A stretch of DNA of 64,000 nucleotides. Source: an uncultured Verrucomicrobiae bacterium. Lineage in GTDB: Bacteria; Verrucomicrobiota; Verrucomicrobiia; Chthoniobacterales; JAFAMB01. A model generated the notes under the pieces. That model was given only the letters and a program-made list of their open reading frames with translations. It was not told the DNA's origin and searched no databases. Shown here piece by piece: positions 48,886-58,783 of the stretch (the first letter of the stretch is position 1; every line of letters begins with the position of its first letter). Position numbers and translations under genes: made by a program. Location: positions 3,104,001-3,168,000 of the forward strand of contig CAWIPH010000002.1 in NCBI GenBank assembly GCA_963837955.1, read 5' to 3'.

Positions 48886-50730
48886 TTAGCCGTTTGCCCA
48901 CACGATAGGATGTGTCTCCCCGGTTGTTACGTTGACAAACCCGTTCGGAAATTCAGGTTGCGGTACAACCAAGACCCAGTGCCAAGGGGTGCAAGTGAGC
49001 GTTGCAAAGATCATCAGCCGTGGGAACCCCTGGCCGCCGTGCCACTCCATTTTTTCCGCTTTGCTCCAAAGCTCTCGTAGCTCGGCCGCTAGTACTTCAG
49101 CGGGCCGGGCAGTCATCAATCCGCCGACCTCGAATCTGACGGTTGCGACGATTTCGTTATTGTTTACCAAGACCCAGCCGCCCTGCATTTCGACCACTTT
49201 GTTCACGGCGATCGCCATGGATTCGTCCGCACTACCGAGCACCCAGAGGTTATGATGATCGTGGCTTACCGAACAGGCCAACGCAGAGTTCGGGGTCTTG
49301 GGGCCAACGTTTTTCCAAAACATTTTCCCTAGTTTTTTTTCACTGTGGTAACGGTCGACAATTGCGACCTTGGTGGCTTCGTCGCCGCGTTGGACCAGGC
49401 CGCTCTGAACCGGTAGCTCTAGCGTCATAAAGTCGGGCTGCCAGTGATACGGTTCCAGTACCGCGGCAGTCACCTTCCCGTTCACCGCAGAAGCAGGAGC
49501 CGTGATCTCGAAATCTGTGGCGACAAATGGTTCGCCCACTCGAATCGTATTGGTCGCCCACTCGGGCCAGTCAATCTTCGGAACTTCCAAGAGGTATTTG
49601 CCTCGTTCTGCCACGCGGATTCCGTCTGCGAATACTTCTTCGATCGCAACATTCTTTGGATCGGTGAGAAGAACCACATCGGCGAAGCGTCCGGGCGCGA
49701 GGGAGCCCACCAAATGTTCGAGATGCCAATGCCGCGCCGGATAATAACTGGCCATGGCATAAGCTGCTTCCACCGGCGCGCCAGATTCTATCGCCATACG
49801 GAGATTGTAGTCCGAGCTGCCTTTCTCGAGCGTTTCAGCTGCGTCGCGATCGTCCGTGGTCAACGATAGATTGGACCAATCGCGCAGACCCCTTTTGACA
49901 AAATAAGGAATGACTTTTTGAATTCCATTCCGGCGCGGCTTGAGCATTAAGAAGACTCCGCGGCTCATTTTGTCCCAGGCTTCCTCCGGCTCCATCGATT
50001 CATGATCGCTGGCTAAACCAGCAGCCGCGAAAGCATTGATCTCCGGGAGAGTTCTCAGACCGGTGCCGTGTCCCGCAACGACACCGCGAGATTCCCACGT
50101 CGCCTGCATGGACTGCCAGATGCGGCCGTGTCCAGGATTCTCCGGGTTCCACACAGCCGACCAATCCATTACCTCATCCAAGCCGGCCACCCACGGGTCT
50201 TGATTCAGATCTTCCTTAATCTCGGTGTACCCGTTGTATCCCCCGGTTGACTCGAAGGCGGTCGGCGGCGTCGCCGAGCCTGGTACCGGAAAGATCTTCA
50301 AAGGGCTACCGTACTTTCTCGGTGTGAGCCAGAACTCTATATTCTTTCGACCATTAACATTCGAGAATTCATGCGAAGCCTCAACCGTCCAAGTATTTCC
50401 ATCGGGGAGAACCAATGCGGCTTCGTATTCCGGCGTCAGATGCGTACTTTCAATGTGTTTGTGCGGCTCGCCAAAGCCCGGCACCGCAAACAGCCCGGCC
50501 CGATCGAAAACCGTTTCGACCTCCCCTGTCCATGACCCGCTCGGTCCGATCCAAGCGATACGGTTACCGCTAATAACGATTTCGTAGTTAGCCAACCACT
50601 CCAGGGAAAAGACATTCAGGATGGTTACGCCTCGAATCAGGGCGTCTGCCGGCCGCTTCCCCAACGCGACGAGTGTTAGTTGTTGGCGTTGCTTCGCCTC
50701 CTCGCTGAATTCAAACCTCTCTGTCATCAT
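48886..50730 (-). CDS. ade: Adenine deaminase
   Basis: PHKHIEST, SDHE, TTDD, SLAPGRFAD, SVSHDHHNL. Confidence 0.85.
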   Translation of the reverse strand: MMTERFEFSEEAKQRQQLTLVALGKRPADALIRGVTILNVFSLEWLANYEIVISGNRIAWIGPSGSWTGEVETVFDRAGLFAVPGFGEPHKHIESTHLTPEYEAALVLPDGNTWTVEASHEFSNVNGRKNIEFWLTPRKYGSPLKIFPVPGSATPPTAFESTGGYNGYTEIKEDLNQDPWVAGLDEVMDWSAVWNPENPGHGRIWQSMQATWESRGVVAGHGTGLRTLPEINAFAAAGLASDHESMEPEEAWDKMSRGVFLMLKPRRNGIQKVIPYFVKRGLRDWSNLSLTTDDRDAAETLEKGSSDYNLRMAIESGAPVEAAYAMASYYPARHWHLEHLVGSLAPGRFADVVLLTDPKNVAIEEVFADGIRVAERGKYLLEVPKIDWPEWATNTIRVGEPFVATDFEITAPASAVNGKVTAAVLEPYHWQPDFMTLELPVQSGLVQRGDEATKVAIVDRYHSEKKLGKMFWKNVGPKTPNSALACSVSHDHHNLWVLGSADESMAIAVNKVVEMQGGWVLVNNNEIVATVRFEVGGLMTARPAEVLAAELRELWSKAEKMEWHGGQGFPRLMIFATLTCTPWHWVLVVPQPEFPNGFVNVTTGETHPIVWANG

Positions 50731-52086
50731 TTAATGAAAAAGTGAGCACCAAAAACCAGAGCTAGGACGTAGGTGAGGAAACGGACCTCTTTGACTCGGC
50801 CGGAACAGAGCATGATCAATACGTGGAGGATCATTCCAACGGCCATCCCATCGGTAATATTGCCGACAGCCATGATAATGATGGTAACAATAGCCGGCAC
50901 CCCGACGGAGAGATCCCGTAAGTTCAAACCGGTGATCCCTTGCATCATCAAGACTCCCACCATCATCAAAGCGGGTGCGGTGGCGACTGCTGGAATAATC
51001 GAAATGATCGGATGCAACGGCAGCGCCAGCAAAAAACAGATTGCCACAACAAGACCGGTCAATCCGGTTCGTCCGCCGGCTTCAACACCTGCAGCGGATT
51101 CCAGATAGAGACCCACCGTTGACGTCCCGAGGACTGCGCCGGTGCAAGCGGCCAGCGCATCCATCCCAAGTACCTGCCGAAACCGAGGAAGCTGTCCATT
51201 TTCATCTAGAAGTTCGGCCCGCTGACAAACCGCCAGCGTCGTCCCGATCCCACTCATGAAATCGCTGAAAAACAGGACCAAAACGATGGGGAACGCCAAC
51301 GAGAAGTGCGTCCAGAGAAAGCCAAGGTCGAGCTTCAAGAAAGTTGGCTCGATCGAAACCGGAGGAGCCACAATAGCCGCCGGCCAGCCAGTAACCGTCC
51401 CGTGGCCAGCGGAACTCGGAATAAAAAGCCCCAACACGGTTACGAGAAAAATTCCGAGAATAAGAGCACCCCGCGACACCGCGCCACATGAGCAGCGTAT
51501 TGAAAATGAGACCCACAAAGAAGAGTAAGCATTCGGGCGACGTGAGGTCACCCAGCGCGATAAAACTCTGCGAATTCGCAACCAAAACATGACTGCCTCG
51601 CAGCCCGATAATGGCAATAAAGAGGCCGATTCCGCAGGTAATAGCGACACGCAAGGTCGGAGGAAAGCTGTCGAGAACCATCTGGCGAAGGCCGCTCCAG
51701 GCTAGAATCAAAAACAAGATTCCATTGTAGAAGACGAGACCGAAGGCCGCTTGCCAGGGAACGTGCATGGTTGAACAAACCTGGTAAGCAAAAAAGGCGT
51801 TGGTTCCCATCCCTGGTGCCAAAGCCAATGGGTAATTTGTTACCAGCGCCATGAGGGCCGTGTTCAGAGCGGCAGCCAGGGCTGTTACCGAGATCAGCAC
51901 TCCAGTGTCGATGCCGATGGCAGAGAGAATCCTCGAATTGACCACTAAGATGTAAGACATCGTCGCGAACGTTGTCAGTCCGGCCAAGACTTCGCGACGG
52001 ATGGTGGTCTTGCGAGCCGCTAGTTGAAACCATGATTTTAACGGGTTCGGACGATCAATGAGTTCAGCAGCGGGAGCAGCATCCAT
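50727..52086 (-). pseudogene. NCS2/AzgA purine permease with a +1 frameshift in a G4 run at 51469-51472
   Basis: AGLTTFATMSYIL, APGMGTNAFF in one frame; ESAAGVEAGGRTG, ATAPAL in the other; joins as WRGVAGALIL on removing one G. Confidence 0.85.
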
Positions 52087-52152
52087 CGGTAAATTTGGGC
52101 AAGTTGACTGAAGCGTTTGATGAGCACGAAGCAGCTCACCGGTGCGACAGTT

Positions 52153-52168
52153 AGCAACTGGTGTGCCA
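52153..52168 (-). promoter_or_regulatory. Sigma-54 (-24/-12) promoter TGGCAC-N5-TTGCT
   Basis: Minus strand TGGCACACCAGTTGCT, about 66 nt upstream of the permease ATG. Confidence 0.75.
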
Positions 52169-52362
52169 TGGGGTTACAGGAGGACGGGAATCGGCAGGGT
52201 CTAGCTGCGTCCTAGGAAATGCACGTCTTTAAAGCCAGGTGCGCGTAACTGGCGAAAGCGCCTCAACCGTCGCAGGAGCGTGAGATCGAGCCCTGTCTGC
52301 AGAAGAGAGATTCCTGAACCCAGAAGAAAGAGGAATCCCGAATCGGTAACGGCTAATCCGTC

Positions 52363-52956
52363 CTATAAACCAAAAAAACTCCAGAACGAACGGCGTGGCC
52401 GGCGGTTTGGTTCGCCGATGTCCCGTGTTTGGTCGTTCGGATAGCTGGCTTGGTAGAGTCTATTTCGAGGCGTCGTTCCGAATACGGTGACCGGCGTTCC
52501 GATCGACACAGCTTGGAAGAATGCTATCGCCTTCTGCTCCGGCATGCGAACACAACCGTGCGAAGCTGGATACCCCGGCAGATAGCCGGCATGGAGGCCG
52601 AATCCCGGAGCGAACTGCATGAAGTAATGCATCGGAGCGTTCATAAACCGGGTGCCGGCGGGCGTGACCATATCGACATCTGCGTCGGTAACCACAGTTT
52701 GGCCGCTCCGATCGACTATCTTCCCGTAAATACTGGAAGTGTGATTTAGGTCTTTATCAGTAATCCGATAGGAACCGCTCGGAGTAAGATGCCCGTATCG
52801 GCCGCTACTGATCGGCGATTCCATGACGGCTCGTCCGTCATAGAGGAGATACGCCTTTTGGTCTCCAAGATCTATCTCGACGGAATATTGAGCCAATGCA
52901 GCTCCGGCCGTGAAGACCGAAGAAATGGCCGCCAGAAAAATCGCCTTCATAGCCAA
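52363..52956 (-). CDS. L,D-transpeptidase (YkuD family)
   Basis: Signal peptide, ISSG...TPSG, LHAG...ASHGCVRM. Confidence 0.9.
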   Translation of the reverse strand: MAMKAIFLAAISSVFTAGAALAQYSVEIDLGDQKAYLLYDGRAVMESPISSGRYGHLTPSGSYRITDKDLNHTSSIYGKIVDRSGQTVVTDADVDMVTPAGTRFMNAPMHYFMQFAPGFGLHAGYLPGYPASHGCVRMPEQKAIAFFQAVSIGTPVTVFGTTPRNRLYQASYPNDQTRDIGEPNRRPRRSFWSFFGL

Positions 52957-53261
52957 AAAGTTGGTTTGAGGGGTTAGACGTCTCTTAAATAATCCGGGTT
53001 ACGCTGATTGTATAGGGGTAGGTTCGGCGCCCGGCGAAGCGTGGAGAACCTACAGGGTAGCCTGATCGTCCACGCTCAGCACCCAGCGTGAGCGATTTCT
53101 TATGGCACGCCCTTAGACATTGGGGATCAACGGCGAGATCGCATCACAATGGGTTACGGAGGCTGGAGCATCCGCCTACGTTCAGTTACGGCGAGACAAG
53201 TCAGCGCTAAAAAAATAAGGACCTCGACAAGGTTCGATTCGCGCTATTATTTCGCCATCTG

Positions 53262-53915
53262 ATGGATGCGAGCATCGATGTTGCCAAATTGCGCAAAGAA
53301 TACACATTGCGCGGATTGCATCGCACGGATCTGCTAGCCGATCCATTCGAGCAGTTTGGTCGCTGGTTTGAAGAGTCGGTGCGATCGGCGGGAGATCGTG
53401 AGCCTAACGCGATGACTCTCGCGACAGCGACCCCTGACGGCTACCCATCCGTTAGAGTGGTCTTGTTGAAAGGCTTCAACAGCCAAGGTTTTGTTTTTTT
53501 CACAAACTACGAAAGCCGTAAAGGAGAGCACCTTGAGCGGAATCCCCGGGCAGCGCTGAATTTTCATTGGCCGTGGCTCGAGCGACAAATCCAGATCGAG
53601 GGTCCGGTCGAAAAAGTGAGCCGGGATGAATCGCAAATTTACTTCGATAAACGGCCCCTCAAGAGTCGCCTAAGCGCGATCATTTCCGCACAGAGCGAGG
53701 TGGTTGTCAGCAGGCGAGAGCTGGAGAATCGACTGAAAGAAGCCGAGAAACAGTTTTCCGGCAAAAATCCTCCCGTACCGGATTTTTGGGGCGGCTATCG
53801 TGTTTCCCCTGATCGAATCGAGTTCTGGCAGGGCCGCGAGAACAGGTTGCACGACCGATTTTTGTACACGCGCCAAAGCGATGGATCATGGCGAATCGAT
53901 CGACTCAGTCCTTGA
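53262..53915 (+). CDS. pdxH: Pyridoxamine 5'-phosphate oxidase
   Basis: EPNAMTLAT, RVVLLKG, FFTNYESRKG, EFWQGRENRLHDR. Confidence 0.96.
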   Translation: MDASIDVAKLRKEYTLRGLHRTDLLADPFEQFGRWFEESVRSAGDREPNAMTLATATPDGYPSVRVVLLKGFNSQGFVFFTNYESRKGEHLERNPRAALNFHWPWLERQIQIEGPVEKVSRDESQIYFDKRPLKSRLSAIISAQSEVVVSRRELENRLKEAEKQFSGKNPPVPDFWGGYRVSPDRIEFWQGRENRLHDRFLYTRQSDGSWRIDRLSP

Positions 53916-54781
53916 CGCCGGTCATACCTGTCGACAAACCGCGACTGGTCAGAATTTCCGGTAACGGAATCTATCTCGCCAAGACCTTAGAGTGCGGACA
54001 GGTGTTTCATTGGACTCGTTGTGAGAGCGGTTTTGCCGGCGCGATCGGGGAGACACCTTGTTATCTGGAACCCGTCGACTCCAGCCTTTTGGTACCCGAG
54101 GGTCAAGAGGCTCTCGTAAGTCATTATCTTTCTCTGGATCATCCGATAGATCTCATTGAAGCGAGCTTTCCTGTTGATCCAGCTCTACAGGCCGCCACAA
54201 GATTCAGCCATGGCATCCGGATCATTCGCCAACCAATCTGGGAATGTCTCGCGACCTTTTTAACCTCCGCGATGAAACAGGTGAGTCACATCCGGAGCAT
54301 ATCGTTAGCGGTGCGCAAGCGACTGGGAAAATCCGCAAGGTTTGGCTCAATCGAGCTCTACACGTTTCCATCGCCCGAGGTAGTTGCAGCCAGCGAGCTA
54401 ACCGACCTGCTGGAATGCCGGCTCGGGTTTCGGGCCCGAAACGTCCTGGCCACAGCGCAAATGGTAGCAGCAAACGAAATTCGACTCGAGGCGCTCGCCA
54501 ACCTGCCAACCGCTGAAGTGCGCGAGACTCTTTGTCGCTTTCCGGGAGTGGGCGATAAGATTGCTAATTGCGTTTTACTCTTTGCCTACGGACGAATGGA
54601 CGCCGTACCAATCGACGTTTGGATCGGTCGGGCGTTACAGCAAACCTACTTTTCTGGGAACGAGAAAATCGGAGCGGCGCGTTTGTCGGAATTCTGCAGC
54701 TATTTCGGACCCTACGCTGGTTATGCCCAGCAGTACCTATTTCACCACTGGCGGATGACCTATCGGAAACGACATGATTGA
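53888..54781 (+). CDS. 8-oxoguanine DNA glycosylase (OGG, HhH-GPD)
   Basis: TLECGQVF, GVGDKIANC, PIDVW, AGYAQQYLF; start uncertain. Confidence 0.88.
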   Translation: MANRSTQSLTPVIPVDKPRLVRISGNGIYLAKTLECGQVFHWTRCESGFAGAIGETPCYLEPVDSSLLVPEGQEALVSHYLSLDHPIDLIEASFPVDPALQAATRFSHGIRIIRQPIWECLATFLTSAMKQVSHIRSISLAVRKRLGKSARFGSIELYTFPSPEVVAASELTDLLECRLGFRARNVLATAQMVAANEIRLEALANLPTAEVRETLCRFPGVGDKIANCVLLFAYGRMDAVPIDVWIGRALQQTYFSGNEKIGAARLSEFCSYFGPYAGYAQQYLFHHWRMTYRKRHD

Positions 54782-55490
54782 CGTCGCACTTTCACCTTCC
54801 GAGATCAGCCATTTGTCCGAAACCGATCTACGCGAAACGACCGTTGTCGTTTTTGATGTGCTGCGGGCCACCTCCAGCATGGTCACCGGCCTAGCACACG
54901 ATGTTGCCTGGTTTTGGCCGGTAAGCACGCTCGAAGCGGCCAGGGCCCGGAAGCAGCAAGACCCGGATCTCTTGTTGGCTGGAGAAAGGAATGGGATTCC
55001 TCCTCCTGATTTTGATTTGGGTAATTCTCCGGCAGAATTCAAGAACCTCCGCGATCGGCGAATCATCATAACGACTACGAACGGCACGGTTGCGTTGGCG
55101 CGGGTGCGAGGAGCAAAAACGGTTTTCATTGGCGCTCTTGTAAACATCGCTGCACTCGCGGCGATCATTCGGGCGACCGAACCTGAACATCTGCTGTTGG
55201 TCTGCGCTGGGACCGGCGACCGATTTAGTTTGGAAGACGCCGTCGGGGCAGGTGCCCTTTTGGCCAACCTCAAGCGAAACGATTACTCGGACGCCGCCTC
55301 GATGGTGCGCTCTCTGTACGATCAGGTTCGCGACGATCTCGAGACTTGCCTTCGCAATTCGCAAAATGGACGCGTTTTGCTGGCGCTCGGAAAAGGGAAC
55401 GATGTGCAGGATTGCAGCCAACTATCAGTCTACAACATGGTCGGCGTTATGCGCGATGAAGCCGTTGTTCCGGCAAAAATGACCGCTTGA
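54774..55490 (+). CDS. comB: 2-phosphosulfolactate phosphatase family protein
   Basis: VVFDVLRATS, AGER, FDLGNSP, TTTNGT, SLED. Confidence 0.9.
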   Translation: MIDVALSPSEISHLSETDLRETTVVVFDVLRATSSMVTGLAHDVAWFWPVSTLEAARARKQQDPDLLLAGERNGIPPPDFDLGNSPAEFKNLRDRRIIITTTNGTVALARVRGAKTVFIGALVNIAALAAIIRATEPEHLLLVCAGTGDRFSLEDAVGAGALLANLKRNDYSDAASMVRSLYDQVRDDLETCLRNSQNGRVLLALGKGNDVQDCSQLSVYNMVGVMRDEAVVPAKMTA

Positions 55491-55564
55491 CTGAAGAACG
55501 CACCGCAGAGCGTTTCGCGCTTGAGCGATCGGAAAACTGGGCCTAGTCTACCGCGATTTTGTCG

Positions 55565-56530
55565 ATGTCAAACCGGAAGAAGGTAACACTAGCGGTTGTT
55601 GGGTCGCTCCTTTTGCACCTGGTTCTTGCGCTCAGTGTGGTCGGCTATTATGCGGTCTTCCCGCCCCCGCCGAATCCGCCGGCGAAGGAGACAGACGATA
55701 AATTGCCCGAGCTGACCTTACTGGACACGCCTCCGGGTCAGCAGCAGCGGCAGTATGTTCGGACCGAGGACGATCAGAAAACGGACAAAAAGCCCGACGA
55801 TCCACAGTTTGAATCAGATAAGGATACAGCGGCCGCTTCCGAGAAAGAGGGTAAAACTCCCGGTCCTCTTCCTGAACAGGAGGGCAAGAACTTAGAGGAT
55901 CTGATGTTCAAGAATCACGATTTCTCGCTCGATACAAAGGGCGCAGACTATAATCGCCAAAGCGCCAATGGCGGCGAACCGGCCCAGGCAACCCCCGCTC
56001 CTACGCCAACCGCTTCGCCTAGCCCGGCTTCGTCGCCAGACCCAGAAGAGCTGGCTATGCTCGTCTCGACCCCTACTCCAACGCCTCCGCCCAACCCCCA
56101 GCAAAACAACGCCCAACAACAGAACAAGCAGAAACAAGGAGCCCCTCAGACCGCTTATCGTCCTCAACAAATAATCACGCGGATGCAGGGAAATGTCTCG
56201 AACCGTGGCCACTCTTCCGTCGGAGCGATTGGTACCCCGCAAGGAAGGTTTCAAAAAGCCGTAGAGGATGCCATCGGATCGCGCTGGTATTACTACGTCG
56301 GCCAGCGCGCCGACCTAGTTGAAATCGGAACCGTCCGCATCGAGTTTAGAATAATGCCTTCCGGCCGGGTAAAGGACGCCAGGATTATTAGCAATTCATC
56401 TAATCAAACCTTTGGAAGCGTTTCTTTGCAATCCATTCTTGATGCGAGTATCCCGGAGATGCCTCCGGAACTCGCCACTCTAGTGCCCGCAAGCGGCCTC
56501 GAGTTCACGTTCTCATTCACCGAAATGTAA
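55565..56530 (+). CDS. TonB/TolA-like energy transducer
   Basis: N-terminal TM with SLLLH, Pro-rich linker, TonB_C-like domain; upstream of exbB/exbD. Confidence 0.75.
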   Translation: MSNRKKVTLAVVGSLLLHLVLALSVVGYYAVFPPPPNPPAKETDDKLPELTLLDTPPGQQQRQYVRTEDDQKTDKKPDDPQFESDKDTAAASEKEGKTPGPLPEQEGKNLEDLMFKNHDFSLDTKGADYNRQSANGGEPAQATPAPTPTASPSPASSPDPEELAMLVSTPTPTPPPNPQQNNAQQQNKQKQGAPQTAYRPQQIITRMQGNVSNRGHSSVGAIGTPQGRFQKAVEDAIGSRWYYYVGQRADLVEIGTVRIEFRIMPSGRVKDARIISNSSNQTFGSVSLQSILDASIPEMPPELATLVPASGLEFTFSFTEM

Positions 56531-56544
56531 ATTTGTAAGCTTCC

Positions 56545-57297
56545 ATGAACTATCTCGCACTCTTCGACAACCCACTCGATTTCTTCATCAAAGGCGGAGT
56601 CTTCATGTGGGTGCTGCTCGCCTGCTCTTTCGTCGCCTTGACTGTGATCTTGCTGCGTGTGTTCGCGCTGCGCAAAGGAGAAATCGTTCCGCGCCTGATT
56701 GCCAAGACGATCGCTTCCTACCAGCCAGGCGAGCGACTCGATCATCTTCGTCGACTCGTCGCAGGAGATGACTCGGCGCTAGCCAGGATCGTCGACGTGG
56801 CACTTCGCCCCTACCATGCATCGCGCGGCGAGACCGTCGAGGCAATACAAGCGCGCGCGCGCCGCGAAATGTTGGGCCTGGAGAGCGGGCTGTTCATTCT
56901 GGAGATCATCGTGGGTATCGCTCCGCTGCTCGGTCTGCTAGGTGCCGTGAGCGGCTTGGTGCACGTATTCGGCAACATCGGGTCAGGGGTGATGTCCACC
57001 AGCGACCTCAAAGGGATCGCGTCGGGCATCGGCGAGGCACTGAGCACAACGATCGTCGGTTTGGCCATCGCCATTCTGTCGTTGATCGCCTTTCTTTCTT
57101 TCACCCGGCGGGTAGAAACCGTGGCGGTGCAAATGGAATCCATGGTCACCGATTTGGTAGATAAGCTTTACCAGAACGGTGGTACGCGTGAAGAAACCGA
57201 ATCTGAGGCTGGTGACGCGTCAGAACCGGCTGATAAATCGACCGCATTCAAGGATCGACCCAAAACAGTGCGGCCCTGGGAGGAAGCAGCTCGATGA
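56545..57297 (+). CDS. exbB: MotA/TolQ/ExbB proton channel
   Basis: APLLGLLGAVSG, GIGEALSTTIVGL. Confidence 0.88.
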   Translation: MNYLALFDNPLDFFIKGGVFMWVLLACSFVALTVILLRVFALRKGEIVPRLIAKTIASYQPGERLDHLRRLVAGDDSALARIVDVALRPYHASRGETVEAIQARARREMLGLESGLFILEIIVGIAPLLGLLGAVSGLVHVFGNIGSGVMSTSDLKGIASGIGEALSTTIVGLAIAILSLIAFLSFTRRVETVAVQMESMVTDLVDKLYQNGGTREETESEAGDASEPADKSTAFKDRPKTVRPWEEAAR

Positions 57298-57713
57298 GGT
57301 TCTATACCAAACGGAAGAGAACCCCGCAGATTATCATCGTTTCATTGATCGACATCTTCGCGATGTTGCTCATTTTCTTTATCGTCACCACCACGTTTAA
57401 AACCGCGCAGTCGCAGCTTTCGATCAATCTCCCGGAATCCAAAAGTGCGTCGCAGGGTCAAAACACCGAAGAGCCGTTGGTGCTAGCGATCACCAAGGAT
57501 GAAAAACTCTACCTCGGCGACAAACCGGTGAGCAATGTGGACGAACTTGCCGTTTCTTTGAAAGATTTTCAGCAGAAATCACCTAATCGCTCAATTGCGA
57601 TGAGTGCCTCAAAGGAGGTCTCGTTCGGCTTCCTGGTGCAGGTATTAGATGCATTGAAACAGGCCGGTATCAAAAACCTGCCGACGTTTACTCAACCAAA
57701 AGAACAGAAATGA
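57294..57713 (+). CDS. exbD: ExbD/TolR biopolymer transport protein
   Basis: SLIDIFAMLLIFFIVTTTF, INLP. Confidence 0.9.
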   Translation: MRFYTKRKRTPQIIIVSLIDIFAMLLIFFIVTTTFKTAQSQLSINLPESKSASQGQNTEEPLVLAITKDEKLYLGDKPVSNVDELAVSLKDFQQKSPNRSIAMSASKEVSFGFLVQVLDALKQAGIKNLPTFTQPKEQK

Positions 57714-58264
57714 TTCGGGAGATCGTTATTTACGGTGATCCCGTCCTGCGGACGAAGGGCCGAAAGATCACAAAAATCGACGATGATGTCCGCCAACTCG
57801 CTGCCGATATGATCGATACGATGAACGAAGCCGGGGGCGTAGGATTGGCTGCTCAACAGGTCGGAGAAGCGTTGCAGCTTACCGTCATCGACGTAAGCAA
57901 TGCGGAGAACCGGCCGAGCCAAATGTGGATTGACGGTCAAGAAGTCGACCTGGAAGCTCACATGCCTCTCATTTTAGTTAATCCACAGCTAAAGCTTAGC
58001 CGCGAAACTGAGGTCGGCCCAGAGGGTTGCCTCAGTTTTCCCGAAGTAACTGGTGAAATCACGCGCGCGGCCCGGGTGACCGTGAAAGCGACTGACCTGG
58101 AAGGTAATGTGATCGAATTCGAGGCGGAAGGCCTGTTAGCCCGTGCCGCCCAACATGAGGTCGACCACCTCAATGGCGTGCTTTTCATCGACCGGATGAG
58201 TTCCGCAGCCAAAGCCTCGTTGGGTGGCAAACTCAAGCGATTGGCGGCGGGCGAAGTCGAGTAG
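57710..58264 (+). CDS. def: Peptide deformylase
   Basis: GVGLAAQQVG, EGCLS, QHEVDHLNG. Confidence 0.96.
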   Translation: MIREIVIYGDPVLRTKGRKITKIDDDVRQLAADMIDTMNEAGGVGLAAQQVGEALQLTVIDVSNAENRPSQMWIDGQEVDLEAHMPLILVNPQLKLSRETEVGPEGCLSFPEVTGEITRAARVTVKATDLEGNVIEFEAEGLLARAAQHEVDHLNGVLFIDRMSSAAKASLGGKLKRLAAGEVE

Positions 58265-58292
58265 AAGATCAGTGCGGGATGAAGATCGAGTT

Positions 58293-58589
58293 CGTCCCGA
58301 TAGGGACAGAATGAAAGTAGCCCAGCAATTTATTGCTGGATAAATCGCGTGAAAGGGCGATGCCGTCCCGACAGGGACGCAATGAAAGTAGCCCAGCAAT
58401 TTATTGCTGGGTAAAGGTTAAAAAACGTGTCCGTCCCGGTAGGGACGATCGACCACCGCCTGTGATCGTGAATCCGCATTGGAGGCCAATAACTGACCGC
58501 TTCTATCGTCCCTCTCGGGACGGGATCGCCTTCGGTTCAATTCCCAGCAATAAATTGCTGGGCTACTTTCATTCTGTCCCTCCGGGACG
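58293..58589. repeat. Palindromic REP/MITE-like element (family of 18878-19070)
   Basis: Two direct copies of AATGAAAGTAGCCCAGCAATTTATTGCTGG and one inverted copy; GTCCC-N4/5-GGGAC hairpins. Confidence 0.85.
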
Positions 58590-58783
58590 GATCTCTTCGC
58601 TGTGTCCAAAACCGCGTCCCACGCCCATGTGCTAATGCAACAGGCCCGTCGCGCCGGTTGTTTACGCGCGCACCTGCGGGTTTAGCGTGCTAACGCAGCC
58701 TCAGACTTGCCTACTGGGGTCCAATAGGAGAATTCTCAAGCATCCCATCCTTTCAATAGATCCAAACCGCCTCATAATTTTCT

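Noticed and set aside
48234..48908. Several short ORFs containing PGLKP or PGFNPG
   Set aside because: By-products of the palindromic repeats.
53102..53118. TGGCAC as a second sigma54 promoter
   Set aside because: Lacks the TTGC -12 element at the required spacing.
53225..53250. GGTTCGATTC resembling a tRNA T-loop
   Set aside because: No acceptor stem, D-arm or anticodon arm can be built around it.
58293..58589. Repeated ~30-bp units as a possible CRISPR array
   Set aside because: Only two direct copies and one inverted copy, irregular spacing and no cas genes; fits a REP-like palindrome.
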